Origin: Escherichia phage IME267
Reading direction: 5' to 3' (one strand)
DNA length: 64,000 nt
Sequence record: NC_070983.1
In this document: piece by piece, positions 55,628 to 64,000 of the stretch
How positions within the stretch are numbered: position 1 is the stretch's first letter
Layout of the letters: each line of letters begins with the position of its first letter
Made by a program: the position numbers and the translations under genes
The notes under the pieces: generated by a model
What the model was told of the DNA's origin: nothing
The model's database searches: none
The model's input: the letters and a program-made list of their open reading frames with translations, nothing else

Positions 55628-57661
55628 TTAGTGTTTACCTTTACAGTAATCTGAATTACAGATCACCCTGTTTTCTTTGTTCAGTGAGCAAGTTTCTGCA
55701 TCACGCCACGGAATTTGTTTATAACAGACTGCACAAAACCCAATTGAAGTCCAGAGGGCTTTTGTAAACTCAGCTGTTCGTTGTCCATCGTAACTGACAA
55801 CTGTTTTTCGGAGAGAGGTTGACTTTTCTGGAAATGTCTCCGCTTTCTCAGCGGGTACCTCCTTTGGGGCATTCTTTGGACCATAAACAGAGATGGCATA
55901 AGTATCACCACCACGTTTTTCCAAATACGAATTAGGAACATCTGCAAGTGTGATGTCCCCTGAACGTTTTGCTGAGCTGACCATTACAATCATACGGCTA
56001 AGCATACGTTCATCAACACGAACAGCTACTTCAGGACGACGTGGGTTGGTTGTGTCTACTGCTTTAGTCCAAATATAACCTTCAGATAGAGTAACATTCT
56101 TTACTTTATCTTTGATTTCTTTGGAGCAGATATAACAAACGTCTTCACCACGAAGTTTACTCATTTCGTTGTCAAACTCGAAATCAGTCTTGACTTCACC
56201 ACAGATAGCACATACACCCAAAGGCACATCTTCTTCCTCTTCAGAGGTTTTAGATAACGCTTCGAAGCATTCTGGATGCCAGTATGCCTGATAAGCAAAC
56301 ACAGCCTTACGAGCATCTTTCCAGTCAATGTGCTTATCACAACCACCACAGTCACCATGAGAGTGAGATTCCCAGAACTTACGAGTGACTTCTACACCAT
56401 TCTTAGTGATGAAGGAGTCCTCTGCATCAAAAGGGATATCATCATCAAAATCAGCAGTAGTGCTTTGAGGCTCCTTATCTGTAGCATCAACAAACAGCCC
56501 TGAAGTTAGTACGAGGCGAATCATACTGTCCACTTCGGAGATACAAGCAATCGTCCCGCGATATACTACCTTTGGGTTTTCAAGAGCCTTAAGATATTCA
56601 TCTTTGGCTACGTTGTGAACATCCCCTTCGACATACTCTTGAGCTTTATCATCGTAGATGTAACCAACCATCTTACCACGATCTGTGTTGTTATAAGCAT
56701 GGAACTCGTGAGGAATAATATCCACACGACCATCACGACGATAAGGAAGACCACGATCGGCAGCCAGTTTGTTCTGGTCTTCAATCGCTTTACGACGACG
56801 AATGTCTCCGCTTGTCACGCCGGGCTTGTCGTCTTTGTTTCCGTAAATGTCGCTTGTGCTGCTGCTTGATTTGTTTGTCTGTTGGTTCTGATAAAGAGAG
56901 GAGTTCGAGTAATAGCCGCCCCAGCGACTCGTTACCGTAAAAACCGGAAGCGTGTGCTCCACCTCTTGAACCAGAGTCATACGACTGTTAGACACATCAA
57001 AGATATACTCAGTTCCCACTTTACATTCGAAGTGGTCATTGATACGGTTCTTATGGGACTTAGAACGCTCTAAAATCCACATAAGCATAGCTTCTTCAGA
57101 AGCTCCAAACCAATCCAAACCACAGCGGGCTAGGTGGAAAGGACGCTCATCATTACGGATAATGTGAAGCGTGTTGTCTTTAGCATCATGCCAAATCAAA
57201 GTGAATGCACCATCCAGTTTTTGGATAGTCTCTGCTGCTCCAATGGTGTTAATTGAGTGGCAGATGTTTTCACTATCAACTTCGAAACGCTTACTGTCAG
57301 GAAGGAGATCTTGATCTAACAGGGTTCCATTATGAACCAGAGTAATATCCCCGTGAGTAAATGGGTGAGCATTTCGAGCATTGACAGCCCCACGAGTGGC
57401 ATGTCGGCTGTGACCAACAATCCACGAAGGAGGAACTACGTAGTTCGTAAGCCCTTTGGTAATATTTGTATATTCTGTCTGGAGCATAAAAGCATAAGAA
57501 GGAAGAGCTTCTTTATAAGAGAAGACTTGCTTTTCACCTTTACGCTGACCAAACACACCAGTTGAGTGCTGTCCACGGAAAACACCAGCATACAGAAGTT
57601 GGTTGAAAATGTCCAAATCTGCTGAGGTCATGTTGCCGCCAGCTAATACGATACCACAAAT
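55628..57661 (-). CDS. Class II (Ntn-type, PurF-like) glutamine amidotransferase domain protein with Cys-rich C-terminal region; predicted AUU start
   Basis: In-frame upstream of the track ATG (57631): TAG-AAA-ATT-TGT... encodes CGIVLAGGN, then RGQHSTGV, GHSRHATRGAVNARNAHPF, LVHNGTL as in PurF. Confidence 0.65.
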   Translation of the reverse strand: MCGIVLAGGNMTSADLDIFNQLLYAGVFRGQHSTGVFGQRKGEKQVFSYKEALPSYAFMLQTEYTNITKGLTNYVVPPSWIVGHSRHATRGAVNARNAHPFTHGDITLVHNGTLLDQDLLPDSKRFEVDSENICHSINTIGAAETIQKLDGAFTLIWHDAKDNTLHIIRNDERPFHLARCGLDWFGASEEAMLMWILERSKSHKNRINDHFECKVGTEYIFDVSNSRMTLVQEVEHTLPVFTVTSRWGGYYSNSSLYQNQQTNKSSSSTSDIYGNKDDKPGVTSGDIRRRKAIEDQNKLAADRGLPYRRDGRVDIIPHEFHAYNNTDRGKMVGYIYDDKAQEYVEGDVHNVAKDEYLKALENPKVVYRGTIACISEVDSMIRLVLTSGLFVDATDKEPQSTTADFDDDIPFDAEDSFITKNGVEVTRKFWESHSHGDCGGCDKHIDWKDARKAVFAYQAYWHPECFEALSKTSEEEEDVPLGVCAICGEVKTDFEFDNEMSKLRGEDVCYICSKEIKDKVKNVTLSEGYIWTKAVDTTNPRRPEVAVRVDERMLSRMIVMVSSAKRSGDITLADVPNSYLEKRGGDTYAISVYGPKNAPKEVPAEKAETFPEKSTSLRKTVVSYDGQRTAEFTKALWTSIGFCAVCYKQIPWRDAETCSLNKENRVICNSDYCKGKH

Positions 57662-57738
57662 TTTCTAATCCACCTGAAGGGTAAACCCTTTCATCTAATT
57701 AACCTTTAAATGCGCCCTGTATAAGAGCGCCCGTTGTG

Positions 57739-58839
57739 TTACAGCAGTCGTTCTAATTGCATTTCCAGATGGTCTGGAATATAACCAGTGACGTTATCAT
57801 CACTGCTACCTGATTCACGCATCAATGCAAACATGTGACGAATTTCACGAACCGTTGCGATTCGAGTGCTTTCAATCTGAGGGGTGTAGTAGGTCATGAT
57901 CTCTTCGTAGACACTGTTGGCATTACCGCGCACATATCCCAAGAAACCATAGAAGTCATTCATATCACGTAAGTTGATAAGGACTTCACCATCAGGGCCA
58001 GTCTGTTGCACACGAACACGACCAACCAAAGTCACAGATTGCTCACGACAGAAGAGAATATCACGAGCAAGACGATACCCTTCAGTGAGATCACTGTCTC
58101 TTGGAGTATAGTCTAGGGGTAGATGTTGAATCATAGGAGCGAAGCGCAGCTCATTCAACTTCTCAACATAAGCTTCATTGTCTAAATCTGCATATTCAAC
58201 AGCCAGTTTCTTGAGAACCAAGAAGCGGTTGACCAGATTCAGAAGTTGGCTCTTTTTCCACTTCGGCTCTGAGATACGGAACTCAACAGAACCAAATTGA
58301 GATAGAGGCAAAAGATTAAGGGAGGTATATTTATCCCAGCTATTAACAAGAGAGTGGAAGAAAGCTTCCCCGTCTCGGTTGAACGCTGACGAAGCATTCA
58401 TAACTTGTGCTTGAACGACAGCAAAAGCTGGACAGAAGTTGCTACGATAGCGATGGTATCCAGAACATTTGAACATCATCTTTTCATAGAACGTCCATCC
58501 AAGAATAACTTTCTTAAGGATATTACTATCAGCGTCACGCATATCCATATGAACGTGAGTGGAGCAGCGCCAAGTTCCCTCGGCTCCAGAATCCTGTACT
58601 GCTTCACTCAGATTGTTAATAGCACGAAGTAATTCTTCACCGTTGTAAGGTCGTGCACACACTAATTCACAACCATCACGAAGAGAGCCATCTTCAGTAC
58701 AAACCCACATATCAGCGTCAATATCAGTTGTACCTTCGACTTCTAACTCAATACCAACACCACACTGAAAAGCAATACTTGGATGCGGTTCAGATAAGCG
58801 AGGGTTACGGTATCCAAAAACTTGTGCTACGGTTGTCAT
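57739..58839 (-). CDS. Glutamine synthetase-fold carboxylate-amine ligase (amidoligase / GCS2-like)
   Basis: N-terminal QCGVGIELEVEG resembles the TLGIELEMQVV first-strand motif of YbdK-type ligases. Confidence 0.5.
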   Translation of the reverse strand: MTTVAQVFGYRNPRLSEPHPSIAFQCGVGIELEVEGTTDIDADMWVCTEDGSLRDGCELVCARPYNGEELLRAINNLSEAVQDSGAEGTWRCSTHVHMDMRDADSNILKKVILGWTFYEKMMFKCSGYHRYRSNFCPAFAVVQAQVMNASSAFNRDGEAFFHSLVNSWDKYTSLNLLPLSQFGSVEFRISEPKWKKSQLLNLVNRFLVLKKLAVEYADLDNEAYVEKLNELRFAPMIQHLPLDYTPRDSDLTEGYRLARDILFCREQSVTLVGRVRVQQTGPDGEVLINLRDMNDFYGFLGYVRGNANSVYEEIMTYYTPQIESTRIATVREIRHMFALMRESGSSDDNVTGYIPDHLEMQLERLL

Positions 58840-59462
58840 AATGATTCCACCAACTCTACATTATATGATGACAGGTCTGAAGAAATATGCTTGAACTTCT
58901 CCAGAAGGTTTAAAGATTGACGACCATTGTCGCCATAACCAGCTTCAAGAAGCACGTTTCCAACGTAAGCTCCTTTGTAATAAACTTTTCCATCGACAGG
59001 GTTGATATAGATGAAACGAGTAACCAACCCTTCAAACTCTGGATTAAACAGGTTGTACACCAAATCACCCGGAATCGAACGTCCGAGAGAAGGTGGAGTA
59101 CCACGAAGTTTATTCCCCATCAATCCTTTAGCTCGCTGACGAACAGGGTTGATATGGGTCCAGCTCACCATGTTATTACCATGCTGAAGGTATCCTACAT
59201 CTGGAGACTCCAGAATGAGGCTGTGATCAAACACTGGGATATTACTAACAATCTGACGTTCAAACTGACCTTCGGAGTTTTTAGTCCAGCGTTCCGCCTC
59301 AAACACTAAAGACATTTCAGCGTCGTGTGAGTAGTCGTCAATATCAAAGTTACCTTGCTGACGAACATCAAGCACATATAGAGGGAGGTTTTTACCATCA
59401 GGTGATCGCTGAGCAATCCATGTTCCACAATAATAGTGTTGAAAATCTCTTAACAAGCTCAC
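58836..59462 (-). CDS. Hypothetical protein in ligase cluster
   Basis: 208 aa; ATGA overlap with the amidoligase gene. Confidence 0.45.
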   Translation of the reverse strand: MSLLRDFQHYYCGTWIAQRSPDGKNLPLYVLDVRQQGNFDIDDYSHDAEMSLVFEAERWTKNSEGQFERQIVSNIPVFDHSLILESPDVGYLQHGNNMVSWTHINPVRQRAKGLMGNKLRGTPPSLGRSIPGDLVYNLFNPEFEGLVTRFIYINPVDGKVYYKGAYVGNVLLEAGYGDNGRQSLNLLEKFKHISSDLSSYNVELVESL

Positions 59463-59471
59463 AATATCACC

Positions 59472-60278
59472 TTATACAATCTGGAGTTTAGAGGAGAATT
59501 TATCCGCTTCTTTAACATCGTTACTGTTGATGATGTTGTGAAGCTTTTCAATTGGAAGGCGAGAGTGAAGTGACATCAATACTTCCATATCACAGCCTTG
59601 AACAACCTTATCAACTTGCTCATAAACAAACTTGCGGGTTGACTTCTCGCCAATCCAGAAGTTAGAAAGAGAACGATATTCAATGCCGTAATCCTTGTAA
59701 CGAATAGCAGAAGCCTTTCCGTATAACTCTTTACGACGAGTGTCTTTATCCATGATCACAGCTGGCAAGGACAGGAAGTAATCACACAACACACCCAACA
59801 TCATTTGAGTCTGACGACTAATTTCCAGCGTACCAGCGACGCCAAGGTGAACGTGACCGCCAGCAGTACGCAGACCTTTGTCTGTCGCTACTGGTGAAGG
59901 GTTCTTTTGTCCAGTGAAGGCATTGAAATCAGGAGTACAACCAAATACAAAGGCTGACGGATGGAAAGATTCCAGCTCTTCTGAAGTGAACACATGAGAG
60001 CTAATCCCAAGTGCTGCCTCCATGCCACGTTCATTGAGAACTTTGTTAGTCAGATCAATACCACGCTGAATGTTATCATTAAACGCTTCAAACCCTTTCT
60101 GTGGGTTAATATCAAACTCGGCCAGAACGTTGTCTTCTTGAAGACGAACATCAGGAGCCAGATCAATTTTATTATCTTTAGAACAGCCCAGCTTACCAGC
60201 CACAGAGGTGATAATACCGGAAGCAGTACGAACAAACATTTCAGGGTCAGAGCCAATAAGGAAAGCGCGCTTAGTCAT
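59472..60278 (-). CDS. Hypothetical protein, possible second GS-fold ligase
   Basis: ATG 60278 with GGAG upstream (track GTG 60323); N-terminal FLIGSDPEMFV weakly resembles the ligase first-strand motif. Confidence 0.3.
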   Translation of the reverse strand: MTKRAFLIGSDPEMFVRTASGIITSVAGKLGCSKDNKIDLAPDVRLQEDNVLAEFDINPQKGFEAFNDNIQRGIDLTNKVLNERGMEAALGISSHVFTSEELESFHPSAFVFGCTPDFNAFTGQKNPSPVATDKGLRTAGGHVHLGVAGTLEISRQTQMMLGVLCDYFLSLPAVIMDKDTRRKELYGKASAIRYKDYGIEYRSLSNFWIGEKSTRKFVYEQVDKVVQGCDMEVLMSLHSRLPIEKLHNIINSNDVKEADKFSSKLQIV

Positions 60279-61221
60279 TGTAATACTCCACGAGTTCATC
60301 AAAAAGGGAAACAACACGAGCACCAGCTTCTTCTGGTGTCATTGAGGAAGGTACTGCTTGCATCAGACGTTCGATAAAACTTTGAACAGTAATTCTGTCC
60401 ATACGCTGATCTAATACTTCTCGCTTGTGGCCTGCACAAGTTGACCAGAGACGTAACCACTCACTCATACTCTCATAATGGTCAGGGTCTTGGTCACGAC
60501 GACGTGCCATACGACGGAGAACTCCATCATTATGGTTTCGTACATAACCATCTCGGTTGTCATCAACACCGAATACATTCTGAACCCATACGTTTTCAGA
60601 AAATTCATCAGTGGTGCAAATTAATGGCAGAAATGCAATTGCACTCATGTCGCCATCAAAATAAGTCGCTGCTGACTCATCGGTTGAGTCTACGTCATTA
60701 CTATAACACCAGCGACCAAAGAAGTTACGACTTAAACCAGCTAAGCGTAGAGCTAAACCGATTCGTTGTCGCTTAAGCAACTCTTCCTTGTCTTGTACGC
60801 CTTCCTGAAGGAACTCCATTCCATTAAAATCACCATCCAAATAGCTACGGATGGTCATTAGTCCAGTAAACACCTTATCTGCTGGATGGTTTCGAAGGTT
60901 CACGGCAATAGAGTTCACCGAAGTGACAGAGAACATATCTTTATAGCAAGACATTGAGTTAAAAATGTCTGTTGCTTCAACTAAAGCTCTTTCGATATCT
61001 TTAGCTGGTACGCCATAAAAATTGTGAGGCCAGAAGTTAATAACTTCAATTTCTGAAGTTCTGTCACGAAGGCTTGTTCGGTTACGACTTTCACCGTTAA
61101 TGTCTGTAACAGAATACATGTGCATACAGTTAAAAGTACCAAAGCAAGCTCTTCCTTTGAACACTGACTCACCGAAATCCTCTGCCGGTGTTACCGGAGC
61201 AATCGATGCGGAGATTGACAT
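60271..61221 (-). CDS. Hypothetical protein in ligase cluster
   Basis: 316 aa ORF. Confidence 0.45.
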   Translation of the reverse strand: MSISASIAPVTPAEDFGESVFKGRACFGTFNCMHMYSVTDINGESRNRTSLRDRTSEIEVINFWPHNFYGVPAKDIERALVEATDIFNSMSCYKDMFSVTSVNSIAVNLRNHPADKVFTGLMTIRSYLDGDFNGMEFLQEGVQDKEELLKRQRIGLALRLAGLSRNFFGRWCYSNDVDSTDESAATYFDGDMSAIAFLPLICTTDEFSENVWVQNVFGVDDNRDGYVRNHNDGVLRRMARRRDQDPDHYESMSEWLRLWSTCAGHKREVLDQRMDRITVQSFIERLMQAVPSSMTPEEAGARVVSLFDELVEYYND

Positions 61222-61229
61222 ATTCGCCT

Positions 61230-62447
61230 CTATTTATTAAAGAATAATTTTTCCATAATGGTTTCCCACTCTTCTGAGGGGAGGGTTGAGAACCCGTTTC
61301 CGTGAAGCCTGTTTGTCATGCAACTAATAATATTGTACATGTTGTAGCTTCGGGTGGATTCTGTTCCATTGTTCCAGTTATAACCGAAAACAATTTTATC
61401 GAAGGAGGTTTTATCCGTAGTTACTTCTCGGATAAACTCAACCAAGAGCGATTTCTCTGTGATGACCGCACGTTCACCATCTGGCAGATTGCAATACTGA
61501 GGAAGAAGGATTGGTAAGAACATCGAATTGTTCACTCGACAATCACGAACACCTTCACTGCGATAGATTAGGCTTGAGAAGTCTTCATCACGCAGGTGTC
61601 CTTCACCTTCAGTGTATTCACACTGTCGCCACTTGGTCTGGCGAGGCTCAATCATTGTACTACCAACGCCTACTGTATACAGAGACGCTTGGAAAATACA
61701 TGAATCGTAATCATTCCCTGTTAAAGCAACTTGCTCGTTGCCGAACACATCCACTGAAGAGTTAATCAGTCGGCTGAATGCAAGAGAGGCTAGTGGAGAC
61801 CAACCTTTCTTATACATCTTGTTCAGCATTTCATACACAGCAGATTTTTCATCATCTGTATAGAATGTACGATTCAGCATCAGATAGAACAGAGCGCGAT
61901 CAGCAGGACAACCATCAGTACAAACACCCATGAATCCTACTTCATGCCATACCAGACATGAGTCAGAATCTTTATCCATGAATGCTTCAAAGGCTTCCAT
62001 TACAGCCCTGTCAGTAACATCAGGACGGTTGTTTTCTTCTGCCCATGTTTCTACATGAGAAGGAGGACGAGGGTCTCCATTCTCCACCCCTTCGCGGAAA
62101 TATTGAGTGGTAATAGGCTTTTTATCACCATAACGTTTTACACCATAAGCGGGAAGGTGTGTACCAGAGTTCCAGATGTACTTAATTTCGGACATAGGCA
62201 TCATGTTTTCGAGAACGTTCTCTTCAGCAGTGCCTTGACGAACCATCATATTTTCACTCCACACCTTAATGCGGATATTCCAGCCGTAGTTGCTGTCATA
62301 CGTGTTATAATAATCAGGATCACCATCTTCATCTTCATCATAATCACCACCCTGATAGTAACCTGCTTTCAGGAAACCATAACAAGGAGGCCAGACGGTT
62401 ACAACATCATCTGATTCTTTCCAGCTTTGAAGTGTTACAGGGAACAT
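61230..62447 (-). CDS. Hypothetical protein in ligase cluster
   Basis: 405 aa ORF with AGAGGT RBS; acidic Tyr/Asp-rich N-terminal segment. Confidence 0.45.
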   Translation of the reverse strand: MFPVTLQSWKESDDVVTVWPPCYGFLKAGYYQGGDYDEDEDGDPDYYNTYDSNYGWNIRIKVWSENMMVRQGTAEENVLENMMPMSEIKYIWNSGTHLPAYGVKRYGDKKPITTQYFREGVENGDPRPPSHVETWAEENNRPDVTDRAVMEAFEAFMDKDSDSCLVWHEVGFMGVCTDGCPADRALFYLMLNRTFYTDDEKSAVYEMLNKMYKKGWSPLASLAFSRLINSSVDVFGNEQVALTGNDYDSCIFQASLYTVGVGSTMIEPRQTKWRQCEYTEGEGHLRDEDFSSLIYRSEGVRDCRVNNSMFLPILLPQYCNLPDGERAVITEKSLLVEFIREVTTDKTSFDKIVFGYNWNNGTESTRSYNMYNIISCMTNRLHGNGFSTLPSEEWETIMEKLFFNK

Positions 62448-62458
62448 CTTTTACCTCT

Positions 62459-62821
62459 TTACTCTGCTACCAAAAGGCTCAGAGATTTGCGAATGTAGTC
62501 AATACTACGGAAGTTTCGATAACTCTCTTGGAAGCGCATCTTTTCAAACTCTGCTTCCTGAAGCTCTACCTCTGCTGCTTTATATCCTGATAAAGCTAAA
62601 CTTACCACATCCTGAGGTAAGGTATTACGACGGCGAATAAGATATTTATTCGCTTTTAGTTTACCTTGTGCACGAGCCATTTTGGCCTTTGCCGCCTTGA
62701 TACCATGAGAAATCCAAAGCAGTTGCTGTTTCAGATCTTCCTCATCCATACCACCTAAATCATTTGCTACTTTATGCAGCGTAGACAGGTTCACATGGCC
62801 TTTAATGGGGCGTAGGTTCAT
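62459..62821 (-). CDS. Hypothetical basic helical protein
   Basis: 120 aa with AGGAGA RBS. Confidence 0.45.
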   Translation of the reverse strand: MNLRPIKGHVNLSTLHKVANDLGGMDEEDLKQQLLWISHGIKAAKAKMARAQGKLKANKYLIRRRNTLPQDVVSLALSGYKAAEVELQEAEFEKMRFQESYRNFRSIDYIRKSLSLLVAE

Positions 62822-62985
62822 AACTTCTCCTGTTTGTCACATTGATTGGTTAGCCAGTTGTAAGACCCACTGTTGTTCTTGCTTAACTCGCAAGATGCAA
62901 AAGAGTACATCCTGACAAACCCCACAGTGGCTAAGCAAATAAAGATTGCTGCCAATAAGAATTTAGCTTTCAACTTATTATCCAT
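62818..62985 (-). CDS. Small membrane or secreted protein (55 aa, below track threshold)
   Basis: Own translation: MDNKLKAKFLLAAIFICLATVGFVRMYSFASCELSKNNSGSYNWLTNQCDKQEKL; AGAGGT RBS; ATGA overlap downstream. Confidence 0.4.
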   Translation of the reverse strand: MDNKLKAKFLLAAIFICLATVGFVRMYSFASCELSKNNSGSYNWLTNQCDKQEKL

Positions 62986-63004
62986 ACAACCTCTTCTTTG
63001 AGCT

Positions 63005-63030
63005 TAAAAAAGGACTCTCCTAAGAGAGCC
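63005..63030 (-). terminator. Putative rho-independent terminator
   Basis: ggctctc-ttag-gagag(t)cc hairpin followed on the - strand by TTTTTT. Confidence 0.4.
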
Positions 63031-63226
63031 AAGCTTTAAGGCCAATTAAATAGATATCACCCAATATCTGTGGATAACCTGCTCTTAAAATATTCTATCC
63101 GACGGATGTTCGAGGATTATTCCTCTCCCTAGCATCGGCCCCATACGGGAAAGATTAAATTAAGTTTAGGTTAGTTGAGCCAGAATAGCTCACATAGCCC
63201 TCTGATACTCACAAGGGCTATAGATG

Positions 63227-63475
63227 TTACTCTGTGGCTCCGTCGAATCGGAGGATTGCTGCTGGAACAGGGTATACTTCCAGATCTTCATCCAGTCGGT
63301 ATAGATGCCCTGTACTTAAATTTACAGCTGTTACTGGCTTAGAGTGGCCTCCAGCCTGTATGGAAGGAACTCTGATAAAGAACTCTTCTGGATATTCAAC
63401 AGAGTGGAACACACTTCCTGAATAAAGATCTTTTATTTTAGAAGTTTGTTTAGGAGTTTTATCAGCAATTTTCAT
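63227..63475 (-). CDS. Hypothetical protein
   Basis: 82 aa; TAATG overlap with the upstream gene. Confidence 0.4.
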   Translation of the reverse strand: MKIADKTPKQTSKIKDLYSGSVFHSVEYPEEFFIRVPSIQAGGHSKPVTAVNLSTGHLYRLDEDLEVYPVPAAILRFDGATE

Positions 63476-63708
63476 TACAGACCTTTCTTAGCACGATCTT
63501 TGGCAGTTTTGCCAGTGCGGATACGATGGGAAACATTAACCAGCTCGCCACCTTCGACGATGGTTACGCTTTTGTTTTTCGCAATATCAAACACAGTTTT
63601 CTCTGTGCCGCCCAGACGAATCTGTTTAGGCTCACTGTGGGTCTGAGTTGATTTAGACTGGAACTGGAACGGCTGACGGATGGCATCAATTGCGCTAACT
63701 TTAGACAT
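63475..63708 (-). CDS. Hypothetical basic protein
   Basis: 77 aa ORF with AAGGT upstream. Confidence 0.4.
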   Translation of the reverse strand: MSKVSAIDAIRQPFQFQSKSTQTHSEPKQIRLGGTEKTVFDIAKNKSVTIVEGGELVNVSHRIRTGKTAKDRAKKGL

Positions 63709-63736
63709 GTTTTTATTACCTTACATTAAAGAGAGA

Positions 63737-63970
63737 TTAAACAACGAATTGGAACGCTTCGTATCCAAACTTGTATAAGAAATCGTGTTTGAACTTTACT
63801 ACACGACCACGATCGCGGAAAGCTTTCAGGCGACTGCTGAACCCAACCATTGGCTCAGGGTCAATAGGGCTACGAATCTTCATAGCTACAGAGTGCAGCT
63901 TGAAGCGTTTACCAGTGCTACAGGCCATCATCACATACTCCATACGAGTAGTCCAGATGTTGAGCACCAT
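63737..63970 (-). CDS. Hypothetical protein
   Basis: 77 aa ORF near the window edge. Confidence 0.4.
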   Translation of the reverse strand: MVLNIWTTRMEYVMMACSTGKRFKLHSVAMKIRSPIDPEPMVGFSSRLKAFRDRGRVVKFKHDFLYKFGYEAFQFVV

Positions 63971-64000
63971 GCTTGTTTTCTCCGCTGACCAACCAGTCTT

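Noticed and set aside
63069-63077. Perfect DnaA-box 9-mer (TTATCCACA on the - strand) as evidence of an origin
   Set aside because: A single 9-mer is expected by chance about once in a window of this size counting both strands; no cluster of boxes is present.
63235-63265. tRNA-like T-arm (CTCCG-TCGAATC-CGGAG) suggesting a tRNA gene
   Set aside because: The loop does not fit the T-loop consensus, no complementary acceptor-stem partner exists about 70 nt upstream, and the hairpin lies inside the coding 3' end of ORF 63227..63475.
1-64000. CRISPR arrays, rRNA or tRNA genes, integrase or attachment sites
   Set aside because: No regularly spaced repeat-spacer array, no rRNA-like or cloverleaf-compatible sequence, and no recombinase motif was found by eye; the window looks like a lytic phage genome segment.

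Overview
This window reads as a contiguous piece of a tailed-phage genome with two convergent gene blocks. Roughly 600..30914 on the + strand is a packaging and virion module: putative small and large terminase subunits, portal, scaffold, major capsid protein with a predicted -1 frameshift extension, several tail-fibre proteins, a lysozyme, a lytic transglycosylase and large internal virion proteins. Roughly 31032..63970 on the - strand is a replication and nucleotide-metabolism module: family A DNA polymerase, a separate 3'-5' exonuclease, T7-type primase-helicase, SSB, 5'-3' exonuclease, dNMP kinase, dCTP deaminase, ThyX-like enzyme, thioredoxin, PhoH, a sigma-like factor and three HNH endonucleases. 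The most interesting region is 52378..62985 (-), which encodes an ATP-grasp ligase, a PurF-like glutamine amidotransferase, one or two glutamine-synthetase-fold amidoligases and a gamma-glutamyl cyclotransferase-like protein among unknowns; its product or target is not known. All functional calls come from motifs I recognise by eye, with no database search run. Coordinates of hairpins and repeats are approximate to a few bases. Several gene starts were moved from the ORF-track position to an internal ATG with a better Shine-Dalgarno sequence.
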